A stretch of DNA of 64,000 nt from Candidatus Latescibacterota bacterium (lineage in GTDB: Bacteria > Latescibacterota > UBA2968). The notes under the pieces are model-generated. The model had not been told where the DNA came from, did not search any database, and saw nothing but the letters and a program-made list of their open reading frames with translations. Position 1 is the stretch's first letter; each line of letters begins with the position of its first letter. Shown piece after piece: positions 10,576 to 21,031 of this stretch. The position numbers and the translations under genes are program-made. Location of the stretch: positions 4,064,001 to 4,128,000 of the forward strand of contig OZ241986.1 of the NCBI GenBank assembly GCA_965204375.1. Reading direction: 5' to 3'.

Positions 10576-11826
10576 TTAATCCCTATGTGGGCGAGTTTTT
10601 GATTTGGGTTTTTTGAACTCCCACATCAGTTCGCTGCGGCCAAAATCGGTTTCGTGAGACTGTACGATGAGTTTGATATACTTTGTCTGATCTGAAACAA
10701 CCGGTGTTTTCATAACAGTATGCGCGGAAAAATAGAGTATAAGCAATTTTTCATTGCCCACATAAGTAATATTCACGGGCGGCTCTGCAAAATAGCGCAC
10801 TTTTTCACCAGGCGTATAAGTGGGATAAATATACGTGCCAAATACATCTGTGACTTCGATTTCTCTACCCGGCACAGAAACCTGGAGTGCTTCGAGCGGA
10901 TAAAATGCCCGCTCTTCAATTTTGTCGGGCTCATACCCGATGTCTTCGCTGTCTTCGAGATAAATTGTCCAGCGACTCAGATCGAGATATGCCTTGTCGT
11001 AGATGGTATTGAATTTTAAGCGAATTTGAATATCGTCACCGAGTTGGTTCTGGCGCGCATAATCGTCCCAGGTCTGCGCAGAAATGCTATCGGGGCCGTA
11101 GTGGGTCTGCAACATATCAAATTCTGAACGCACGAGATCCGGAACGTACAGCGTCGCTGAAATGAGCAACGGGGAACGCACGACGCGATAGCGTTCGGAA
11201 ACCCCCAACTCTCGGAATTGCAAATCGGGATGCTCGGCAATACTCGGCGCCTGCGGCAAATCATCTATGGGACGCACCGAGGGAATAAAGCTGCGCACAG
11301 TCCATAACCTGAGCAATTGGGGATATGTCCAGGTGTTACCCGGATCGGGTTCTGAAGGCAGGGTGAGTTTATAGACCTCCTTTTTTCCCGAAAACTCCGG
11401 AAAAAGCGGAGAGTTTTGAACGTGGTAATAGGGATATTGCGCGATGGGAATGGCAAAAACATCGCCCTTGTCGATCAGCTTATCCAGGCGTTCAATTTGC
11501 TTGCTATCGAGCGCAGTTTTGAGCGCATCAAATACGGCACTGGCACTGTCATTCGCGCTCTGGCGCAGACTTCTCAGATCCTTGAGTTTTGGAATATAGC
11601 CCTGCCACAAAAGGGCTTCGTTGGTTCGGCGCGCGCGTTCAGTTTGATATGCAATCACGATATCGCGAAGTGCGGAAACGTGTTTGGCAACATGTTCTTT
11701 CTGATCGCCCTGCGCCTTGAGGTGCTTGCTCAACCGGTCCGCTTCAAGCAGATCCTTCGTATTGGCACCCCAGGCGGTCTGAAGCGCAAAAAGTAAAACC
11801 GCGACAAAACTGGCTCGGAAAAACAT
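10576..11826 (-). CDS. hypothetical secreted protein
   Basis: long ORF in operon with rnr and the TPR gene; signal peptide from ATG 11826 (..AWGA). Confidence 0.6.
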   Translation of the reverse strand: MFFRASFVAVLLFALQTAWGANTKDLLEADRLSKHLKAQGDQKEHVAKHVSALRDIVIAYQTERARRTNEALLWQGYIPKLKDLRSLRQSANDSASAVFDALKTALDSKQIERLDKLIDKGDVFAIPIAQYPYYHVQNSPLFPEFSGKKEVYKLTLPSEPDPGNTWTYPQLLRLWTVRSFIPSVRPIDDLPQAPSIAEHPDLQFRELGVSERYRVVRSPLLISATLYVPDLVRSEFDMLQTHYGPDSISAQTWDDYARQNQLGDDIQIRLKFNTIYDKAYLDLSRWTIYLEDSEDIGYEPDKIEERAFYPLEALQVSVPGREIEVTDVFGTYIYPTYTPGEKVRYFAEPPVNITYVGNEKLLILYFSAHTVMKTPVVSDQTKYIKLIVQSHETDFGRSELMWEFKKPKSKTRPHRD

Positions 11827-11906
11827 GATATATCCCGTGTTTATTTTATGTTTAAAACCAACCCTCTTTTTTAATGTTTGAGAGTCCAAAAGGTTCAAAA
11901 TTGTGT

Positions 11907-14054
11907 TTATCTCCTCCCATGTCTCTTCCGCGAGCCTTTGGGGCGATCATTTTGCGCATGTGACAAAAGGTGAAAATCTATCCGCAGGCGTTGCTGGTCG
12001 AGTTGGGCGAGTTGTACTTGAACCGAATCCCCAAGTCGGAAAATCGTTCCCGTGGATTCGCCAACGAGAGCGCCTTGCAACTCGTGGTAAATATAATAAT
12101 CATCCCAGAGATATTTTACGTGAACCAGGCCCTCGATGAGCACATCATTGAGTTGAACAAAAAAACCAATAGAACGCACATCGACGATAACAGCATCAAA
12201 ACACTCGCCTATCTTATCTTTCAAATAGAGAATTTGCATAAGCCGAATAGCATCCCACTCGGCTTGTTGCGCGGCGATCTCGCGTTGCGTCGCCAGATCC
12301 CCAATATCGGACAGACGACGTGCGCGGCGCGCCATCTGTCCGGACGTGCTATCATCGTTAATCGCATCGCGCAAAATCCGGTGAAGAATCAGATCGGGAT
12401 AGCGCCGAATGGGCGATGTAAAATGCGTATAAGTATCACAAGCCAACCCGAAATGACCGACATTGTCGGGTGTGTACACCGCTTTCTTCATCGAGCGCAA
12501 CAGGCGATTACTCAAAATATAACCAACAGGCTCATCCTTGAAATTTGCGAGAAACGCCTGGATATTTTCCGCCCGCGAAGGATTGGAAAGGCGATACCCC
12601 AATGTTCTCGCCAGATCGCAAAACGCGGCGAGTTTTTCACCGTCGGGCGGTTCGTGGACGCGATAGAGAATCGGGATACCGCTATCGGCCATGCGCCGGG
12701 CAACGATTTCATTTGCCAGAAGCATAAATTCTTCAATAAGACGATGACTATTCAAACGAGCGCGGGGACCAATGTGAATGGGATGGCCCTGATCGTCGAG
12801 AATAATACGCGGTTCGGGAATCTCAAAGTCAATCGTCCCCCTTGCCATGCGTTTCTCTGTCAGACGACTTCTCAGAGCCTCCATATACATGAGAACATCG
12901 GCATACGGTTCGGCGGGATTGGCCGCGCCCTTATCGCAATCGAGCACGCGCTGAACCTCTTCATAAGACAGGCTCGCGCAGCTGCGTATAACCGTCTCTG
13001 CAATTTGGGCGTCAATCAACTCGCCATCGGGGGTGATATGCGCCAGAATACTCAGAGCAAGGCGATCTTCACCGGGCTGCAAAGAACAAATGTCCGCAGA
13101 GAGCTTTTCCGGCAACATGGGAATGACGCGGTCGGGAAAATACACACTACTCCCGCGTGCGAGGGCTTCGTGATCGAGGGGCGAGCCTTCGGGAACATAG
13201 TAGCTGACATCGGCAATGTGAATACCCAGACAATAGGTCTGATCATCGAGAACCTGAAGCGACACGGCATCGTCGTGATCGCGCGCATCAACTGGATCAA
13301 TGGTAAAACAGGTCAAATCGCGCAAATCGAGGCGACGGTCAATCTCCTCTGCGGGAATATCTTCTGGAATCGCTTCTATAACATCGAGTACATGTTGAGG
13401 AAAATCGAGAGGAAGGCCGAGTTTTTTGATGAGAATCAGGGTCTCAATCCCCGCATCGTCCGCATTGCCCAGAACCTCGACAATCTGACCATCGGGATGG
13501 GCATTGGGTGAGGAATATTTAAGGCGCACAACCACCTTTTGCCCCGCCTGAGCGCCACAGGTCAGGTCATCGGGGATATGAACGCGTGCGCGGATGCGCG
13601 GATCGTCGGAAGTAACGAGAGAAACGCCATCATACGTACCCACCATTGTTTGCTCGGCGCGTTCCACAATGCGAACCAACTCGCCCTCTGCGCGATCGTT
13701 ACCCCGTGCCCTGCGCGTAAGGCGCACCAGAGCGCGATCACCGTGTCGCGCACGCCTCATGTATCTCGCACCAATAAAAATATCTGCGCCGCCATCGTCG
13801 GGCGCGAGCAAGCCATATCCACTGGCCTGAACACTGATGCGACCAACGACGAGATTGTGTTCAGACGGAATGCCGTAACGGCTGCGACGCAACTTTACGA
13901 GGTCACCATCGCGCACCATGCGGCGAATCAGTCGGCGAAAATCTGAATAAGCCCGATCGGAAACGCGAAGCGCGCGAGCAAGTTCCCTGATCTTGAGTGG
14001 ACGCCTGTGTTGTTGACGCACAAAATTCAGTACTTGATCACGAGAGACAGACAT
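11907..14054 (-). CDS. rnr: ribonuclease R
   Basis: N-terminal HTH, OB domains, TIDPVDARDHDDAVS, HFTSPIRRYPDL, S1 domain, basic tail. Confidence 0.93.
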   Translation of the reverse strand: MSVSRDQVLNFVRQQHRRPLKIRELARALRVSDRAYSDFRRLIRRMVRDGDLVKLRRSRYGIPSEHNLVVGRISVQASGYGLLAPDDGGADIFIGARYMRRARHGDRALVRLTRRARGNDRAEGELVRIVERAEQTMVGTYDGVSLVTSDDPRIRARVHIPDDLTCGAQAGQKVVVRLKYSSPNAHPDGQIVEVLGNADDAGIETLILIKKLGLPLDFPQHVLDVIEAIPEDIPAEEIDRRLDLRDLTCFTIDPVDARDHDDAVSLQVLDDQTYCLGIHIADVSYYVPEGSPLDHEALARGSSVYFPDRVIPMLPEKLSADICSLQPGEDRLALSILAHITPDGELIDAQIAETVIRSCASLSYEEVQRVLDCDKGAANPAEPYADVLMYMEALRSRLTEKRMARGTIDFEIPEPRIILDDQGHPIHIGPRARLNSHRLIEEFMLLANEIVARRMADSGIPILYRVHEPPDGEKLAAFCDLARTLGYRLSNPSRAENIQAFLANFKDEPVGYILSNRLLRSMKKAVYTPDNVGHFGLACDTYTHFTSPIRRYPDLILHRILRDAINDDSTSGQMARRARRLSDIGDLATQREIAAQQAEWDAIRLMQILYLKDKIGECFDAVIVDVRSIGFFVQLNDVLIEGLVHVKYLWDDYYIYHELQGALVGESTGTIFRLGDSVQVQLAQLDQQRLRIDFHLLSHAQNDRPKGSRKRHGRR

Positions 14055-14175
14055 ATTTTTTACAGGAGCCAATGGCAGACAAATAGGCGGGAGATATGGT
14101 GGCGGTGTTTGAGCTAAAGTATTATACTGCTGTGGAAAACTCAGGGCAAATATACGGAAAGGGCGCGAAAAAGCA

Positions 14176-15255
14176 ATGCAAAACCTCTACTACCTGATCG
14201 CTCTCTTGTGCTTTGGGGGATGCGCCGCGCAATATGTTCTGGCACCCGATGGGGAATACGATTATCGCGTACCCGTTGGGCGAGGCGATGCCCAGGCGGG
14301 ATTTGAAACCCTGTTCACCTCCACCGTTAAAGTAGTATGGACACCCCAATATGCCAACGTGTTCTACACACATAATATGAGAGATGACAGGGGCTTTTCG
14401 CTCCATTTGCCTTTAACAGATGAAAACAGCCCAACGGGCTATCGGCTGACGCGAGATGGTATCCGCGAAACCGTCGATTCTTATTCCAAAGTGGGCACTG
14501 CGCTTGTGGTCACGCGGCAAACATCGACCAATCGATACGACATGGCAATTGCACTGACAAATGCACATGTGGTAACAGCACCAGATACCATTCGGTATTT
14601 TATGCGGGACGCCCGGGGCATGGAAACGAAGGTACTCGAACGGATTTCCATCAAAATCAGCTCCTCATTGCACATGGTCAATCGCAATGGCGAAAGCATC
14701 TCTGCAAAAATCGTGCGCCTCGACCCTGAAGTAGATCTGGCTTTGCTCAAACTCAATATTCCCAATCCGATGAGAGACCCATCGCCTTTTTCTCGGCGGC
14801 TGGGCAAAACATCGGATCTGCAATGGGGCAATTTTGTCTATATCGCAGGTCATCCAAAAAACAAGATGCGCCTCACCGCGGGCACAGTGAGTTTGGACGA
14901 TGACAAAGATCGGTTTTTTGTCGATGCACCCATCCGTGCGGGCTACAGTGGCGGGCCTGTCGTTGCCGTGCGAGATGGACTGCCCAATTTTGAACTCGTG
15001 GGCCTTTGTCGGGGAGCCACAACAGAAACATTCCGATTGCTGGTACCCAACCGAAAACTGAATGAAGGGGCGACATTATCGCCCGACTTGCTCGGTCACA
15101 TCTCGGTTGAAGAGCGCGAGGTCGTGGAACCCGGTTTGGGTATCATCGTGGGAATAGAAGCCGTCAAACGCTTTTTATTGGACAGTCGCGAACCGCTCCG
15201 CGAGATCGGTGTAAATATCAAAACCGACGCGGCAATGCGAATGTGGGGGTTTTGA
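14176..15255 (+). CDS. trypsin-like (S1C) serine protease lipoprotein without PDZ domain
   Basis: lipobox FGGC; catalytic triad motifs LTNAHVV, VDLALL and GYSGGP. Confidence 0.75.
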   Translation: MQNLYYLIALLCFGGCAAQYVLAPDGEYDYRVPVGRGDAQAGFETLFTSTVKVVWTPQYANVFYTHNMRDDRGFSLHLPLTDENSPTGYRLTRDGIRETVDSYSKVGTALVVTRQTSTNRYDMAIALTNAHVVTAPDTIRYFMRDARGMETKVLERISIKISSSLHMVNRNGESISAKIVRLDPEVDLALLKLNIPNPMRDPSPFSRRLGKTSDLQWGNFVYIAGHPKNKMRLTAGTVSLDDDKDRFFVDAPIRAGYSGGPVVAVRDGLPNFELVGLCRGATTETFRLLVPNRKLNEGATLSPDLLGHISVEEREVVEPGLGIIVGIEAVKRFLLDSREPLREIGVNIKTDAAMRMWGF

Positions 15256-15320
15256 ATCCGGGCGATTTGAGTTATATTGTTAATCCGCTTTTTCTAACCG
15301 CTTTTTACAAGGAGACCAAA

Positions 15321-15767
15321 ATGAAACATCTTACTGCTTCTTTGCTGACCTTATTCCTCTTACCCGCGCTCGTCGGGGCGCACTGCGAGATACCGTGTGG
15401 GATCTATGGCGATGAGGGTCGGTTTGCTCTGCTATTGGAAAATGTGACCACCATTGAAAAGTCGATGAATGAAATCAACAAATTATCGGGAGAAAGCGAG
15501 AAAAACAACAACCAGATCGTGCGTTGGGTCGTCAACAAAGAGCACCATGCCGATCAGATTCGCGATATCGTCGCACAATACTTCCTATCGCAACGGATCA
15601 CAGAACCTGCTGAAGGGACGGCAGCAAAAGCCTATACTGAAAAACTAATAGCCCTGCACAAAATTATACGCACAGCAATGAAATGCAAGCAAACCACAGA
15701 CCCGAAAAACGCGCAAACCCTGCGCGATCACATAAATGCTTTCCAAGCCCTTTACAATGCGAAATGA
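15321..15767 (+). CDS. sodN: nickel superoxide dismutase precursor
   Basis: Ni-hook HCEIPCGIY directly after a hydrophobic leader; RWVVNKEHHA, KCKQTTD; AAGGAG RBS. Confidence 0.9.
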   Translation: MKHLTASLLTLFLLPALVGAHCEIPCGIYGDEGRFALLLENVTTIEKSMNEINKLSGESEKNNNQIVRWVVNKEHHADQIRDIVAQYFLSQRITEPAEGTAAKAYTEKLIALHKIIRTAMKCKQTTDPKNAQTLRDHINAFQALYNAK

Positions 15768-15792
15768 TTAGTTATTCATCATTGCTTTTTAT

Positions 15793-15830
15793 GGGACAAT
15801 CTCCATCGAGATTGTCCTATTTTTTTTATT
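15793..15830 (+). terminator. terminator after sodN
   Basis: GGGACAATCT-loop-AGATTGTCCT followed by T run. Confidence 0.7.
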
Positions 15831-15834
15831 TTTC

Positions 15835-15863
15835 TTGCGCTACTGAAAGGTCTTTGATATATT
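15835..15863 (+). promoter_or_regulatory. sigma70-type promoter of groESL
   Basis: TTGCGC-N17-TATATT with extended TG, immediately before CIRCE. Confidence 0.6.
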
Positions 15864-15873
15864 CTCCGCCCCA

Positions 15874-15900
15874 TTAGCACTCGACAGGTGAGAGTGCTAA
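15874..15900 (+). promoter_or_regulatory. CIRCE element (HrcA operator)
   Basis: perfect TTAGCACTC-N9-GAGTGCTAA. Confidence 0.97.
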
Positions 15901-15951
15901 AACACATCATCCGTTTCTTTTCACTCCACCTCGCAGAAGGAGGCTATAACA

Positions 15952-16242
15952 ATGGCGAAGGTGAAACCCCTCGGGGATCGCGTGCTGGTCAGACCTGTTG
16001 AAGAAGACGAGCAAATCAAGGGCGGCATCATTATTCCCGACACAGCCAAAGAAAAACCCCAGCGGGGCGAAATCGTGGCTGTTGGCGATGGCAAGCCCGA
16101 CGATTCGGGCAACCGGATCCCGTTGTCGGTCGCATCCGGCGACACAGTACTTTACGGCAAGTATTCGGGCACAGAAGTCCGTCTGGACGACGAAGACTAT
16201 CTGATCATGCCCGAAGGCGATATTTTAGCGATCATTGATTAA
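15952..16242 (+). CDS. groES: co-chaperonin GroES
   Basis: [23 protein letters not shown]. Confidence 0.98.
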   Translation: MAKVKPLGDRVLVRPVEEDEQIKGGIIIPDTAKEKPQRGEIVAVGDGKPDDSGNRIPLSVASGDTVLYGKYSGTEVRLDDEDYLIMPEGDILAIID

Positions 16243-16253
16243 TACCGCATTAA

Positions 16254-17909
<1,656 letters not shown>

Positions 17910-17924
17910 GAAGCTGTCTTTCAC

Positions 17925-17959
17925 AAAAAAGGGACACTCAATTGAGTGTCCCTTTTTTT
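17925..17959. terminator. bidirectional terminator
   Basis: AAAAAAGGGACACTCAA|TTGAGTGTCCCTTTTTT palindrome. Confidence 0.9.
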
Positions 17960-17988
17960 ATGCTCTTTTGATGTTGACCGTGCGACAG

Positions 17989-20571
17989 CTACCCAGTGAC
18001 TGTTTTGCCAAAAGAATCCACGAAGATGAGGAAGTCGGAAATGTCAATGGTTCCATTGTTGTCGAGGTCAAATTTTGGATCGAAGTTTTCCTGTCCGCTC
18101 TGGGTTCCAAATACTTCAGCAAAAAGCAAAAAGTCTGCCATATCGACCTGTCCACTGCCATCAAAGTCGGAAGAGACAAGAGGGGTCTCTTCTACCACAA
18201 AGCGGATGATTTCAGTAAAGTTTGCCCGAAGGATGTTCAGCGCCTTGTCCCATACATTCATTTCGGCAAGTCCCCATGTTCCTGGGATGCTGCCAACCGG
18301 CAAGATGATCGTTTTATGATAGGTTTCATAGATGGTTGGATCGCGTGTAAAATAGACTTTGTGATAATCCTTCGGATCGTAATGCCTAAAGTGGTGCATC
18401 ACGCCATTGGGGTCGCGTAAATACATGTCTGTCGAACGATATCCACTGATGTTGTCCTTGGTTCTAAAGCTAATATCGACCTGTGTTTCGCCGTTTGGAG
18501 CTTCTGGATTGGTCGGTTCTGACTGAATAGTAATCTGATTCAAATCGAGCACAGGTGGTATGTCATCCGGATTTGTCGTTTGAATGTCAATGGTGGCGGG
18601 TTCTTCATCTACTATTACATCATCATCCGCTAATCCATGCCCTGGATCGGTAAAGTACACGCCTCGCACGTTTAAGGCAATATCCTCCATCGAGATGTAA
18701 TTGAGTTTGTACGTGCCATTCTGGAAGTAATCCGGAATTTTAAGTTCAACACTCGCTTCACCGGTTTGTGGATTATAACTTCCATATTCCTGCGCGCGAC
18801 GAGAATAGGTTTCGGCATTTGCATCATTTACATTTGCAAAGACGTGACTTATACCGATTTCTTCAAAAAGTCGCCAACGTGCGGTGAGAATTTGCAGGGA
18901 CCTGTCTTCTGCTGTGCCTGGTGACAATGAGAGTTGCATTGTATTTTTGATGTAATCCGGTGGTTTATAATCGGCAAACGGATTGTTGAGATACAGCTTC
19001 CATCCAAAATCGACCTGAGATTCGTGGCGTTCATTGCCCTGAGCATCCCTGAGAGTAATTTGATCTGGACCCCAATAGCCATGCGCCGCGTGCTTTGATA
19101 GTGTCTTCTGGCCTCGCAAAATGTGGCTTGCATTGATGTACCTGCCATCGGAGCTTACAGGATAAAGATAGATGTCAAAATAAGTGCCTTTTGTACTGAA
19201 AAGCCTGATAGGTGTTGCTTGAGCAGTGTCAAAACCATTCTCACGGTGAAGCTCAAGCTCTATTGTTATATCCTTATCCTTTTCCGGTTCGCCATGTACC
19301 CGTATGTCAACACGTATGATTCGTCCCGGATACACCAAATCGGGATACAGATTATAGACCTGAAACGTCAAGTCTTCGCGTATCCGCGATATGTAGCGCG
19401 TGCCGTGCATGACCCGATCGCGAATAAATTCGTATTTGGCAGGGGAACGCGAGCGCAATTTGTCGGGATCCACGATGTAATAACTGACCGTTTCTGCCAT
19501 GTCCTCATTCGGATTCTTACCGTGTGCATAAGCGGAGACAAACTCAGTCTGCTTAGTCGTTGACCAGCCATCGCCATCGTCTGGATTTTCATACCAGCCT
19601 CCGAGTTCAATCCAATCCTGTTTGAGTTGATCGTCAAAGAGGTGTTCCCATAAGAAGTGTGCTTTTTCATGGAGAATTAAGCGGTGGATGTAGTCGAGGC
19701 CCTGATCCTTAAAAGCGGATTCCATGAACTCAATATAGCCCGCCCTCGTCCATGCCACAGCAGGTGCAGTCGGATAAAGCGGATGGGGTGTTCCATCTAA
19801 TCGCCGCACCAGATATCGCAAACCTGGCGTCGTGAGCATCCCTTGTGGGTATTCTTCAAGCATACTCACAAGAGCCATCAGTTCCTCGTTTTTGAACTCT
19901 CCAAACCGGCCTGCGTGTTCCCCCGTGGTGTTCCGCGTCAGTTCGGTATAGTCCGGTACATATATGCTTACACCGTAGCGGTTCTCTAAAATTCGTTCCA
20001 TCGCACGTCTATCCATGCCACCATCGGTTACGTAGCGAACGACGGCATGGTGGAGTCTTTTGGAGAAGAAACGGCCTCTCACGCCTTCTATTTCTGCCAG
20101 CAATGGATCGGCATAAGTGAAGGCTTCCCGGGACAGGGTGACGATTTTTTGCCCGTCCTGGATGCGAATCTCTATGTCATTTTCAATATGCTGGTCTGTC
20201 AATTGCCATAATGAGGATGGAACTTCGGGTATCTCTTCGGAATAGTCGTTACTCAATTGTGGGATAGACTCAAAGGTTTGGAGCAGTCGGTAAGCCTGGT
20301 CTGCGTTCCATTCGGTGCCGAGTAATACTGAATATTTTTGCATGAGACGCAATGATGCGCTGTGGGGCACAACCTGTATCGGCTGGTGTAAGAACATGAC
20401 CTGCACGGGTTGAACAAGGGTGGCCGATTCTACCCCTTCATAGGTTTTATCGGTTTTCCAGGTATAGGTGTATTGTGCAACAGCGTGTCCGCTGAAGATG
20501 AGTGTCAGCAGGAGGATTATGCAGCTCAGGGACGCAAATTTAGAGATGCGGTGATATGTTTTTTTATCCAT
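17989..20571 (-). CDS. secreted zincin-type metallopeptidase with Ig-like repeats and C-terminal dockerin/EF-hand pair
   Basis: signal peptide (AVA|Q); HEKAH then SAYA..NPNEDMAE; three DxxxN beta-sandwich-like repeats; DFDGSGQVDMADF and DLDNNGTIDISDF. Confidence 0.7.
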   Translation of the reverse strand: MDKKTYHRISKFASLSCIILLLTLIFSGHAVAQYTYTWKTDKTYEGVESATLVQPVQVMFLHQPIQVVPHSASLRLMQKYSVLLGTEWNADQAYRLLQTFESIPQLSNDYSEEIPEVPSSLWQLTDQHIENDIEIRIQDGQKIVTLSREAFTYADPLLAEIEGVRGRFFSKRLHHAVVRYVTDGGMDRRAMERILENRYGVSIYVPDYTELTRNTTGEHAGRFGEFKNEELMALVSMLEEYPQGMLTTPGLRYLVRRLDGTPHPLYPTAPAVAWTRAGYIEFMESAFKDQGLDYIHRLILHEKAHFLWEHLFDDQLKQDWIELGGWYENPDDGDGWSTTKQTEFVSAYAHGKNPNEDMAETVSYYIVDPDKLRSRSPAKYEFIRDRVMHGTRYISRIREDLTFQVYNLYPDLVYPGRIIRVDIRVHGEPEKDKDITIELELHRENGFDTAQATPIRLFSTKGTYFDIYLYPVSSDGRYINASHILRGQKTLSKHAAHGYWGPDQITLRDAQGNERHESQVDFGWKLYLNNPFADYKPPDYIKNTMQLSLSPGTAEDRSLQILTARWRLFEEIGISHVFANVNDANAETYSRRAQEYGSYNPQTGEASVELKIPDYFQNGTYKLNYISMEDIALNVRGVYFTDPGHGLADDDVIVDEEPATIDIQTTNPDDIPPVLDLNQITIQSEPTNPEAPNGETQVDISFRTKDNISGYRSTDMYLRDPNGVMHHFRHYDPKDYHKVYFTRDPTIYETYHKTIILPVGSIPGTWGLAEMNVWDKALNILRANFTEIIRFVVEETPLVSSDFDGSGQVDMADFLLFAEVFGTQSGQENFDPKFDLDNNGTIDISDFLIFVDSFGKTVTG

Positions 20572-20646
20572 TGTGTTCCCCTAAAATGTGAAAGTTTAGT
20601 GAATCGCTTTCATCAAGCCTGACGGGATCCGAACTCAATTTATATA

Positions 20647-20662
20647 TGCAAAAATCGTGCCA
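20647..20662 (-). promoter_or_regulatory. sigma54 (-24/-12) promoter of the peptidase gene
   Basis: minus strand TGGCAC-GATTT-TTGCA, about 75 bp upstream of the ATG. Confidence 0.85.
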
Positions 20663-20712
20663 ATGTGAGCGTTGTTTCAGAGAGCTATACTCATAAAATG
20701 TTGTTTTATATC

Positions 20713-20768
20713 AAAAAAAGAGCCAATCTGACTATATCATATCGTCGCTGAATAGTCGGATTGGCTCT
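20713..20768 (-). terminator. long inverted repeat, terminator-like
   Basis: AAGAGCCAATC(C/T)GACTAT 18-bp arms; T run follows on the minus strand. Confidence 0.55.
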
Positions 20769-20873
20769 TACACAAGACTTTATATGGTCTTGTGGAGGAC
20801 GTACTATGGTCTCCATGGTCCCGAGAGCATCATTCATTATTATTTTTCGTTCTGTTCACCTCGAGTACAAATA

Positions 20874-20910
20874 AAAGCCCGTCAATCACCACCGATTGAC
20901 GAGCTTTTTT
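20874..20910. terminator. terminator downstream of the sigma54 activator
   Basis: AAAAGCCCGTCAATC-loop-GATTGACGAGCTTTTTT. Confidence 0.65.
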
Positions 20911-21031
20911 ATTTTATGGTCGCCCAACTGTACCACTCACTAAACCAATGGCACAGGATGATGGGTTTGAAACTTCTACACTATCCACTCAAGCGGGATA
21001 ATTCCAGGGTATAAACTACGATAGCAGCTTA

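Noticed and set aside
11970-13511. 513-aa plus-strand ORF
   Set aside because: antisense shadow of rnr with no motifs; similar shadow ORFs occur opposite many genes (e.g. 34821-35762, 61783-62820, 62839-63876)
20949-20965. second sigma54 promoter (TGGCAC on the plus strand)
   Set aside because: lacks the -12 TTGC and points into the 3' end of a gene
20949-21020. tRNA-Ser-like remnant on the minus strand (ends GCCA, TTCAAA loop, CTGGAA)
   Set aside because: T-stem and acceptor stem do not pair convincingly and there is no D arm; tRNAscan/ARAGORN or BLAST against the genome's tRNAs would be needed
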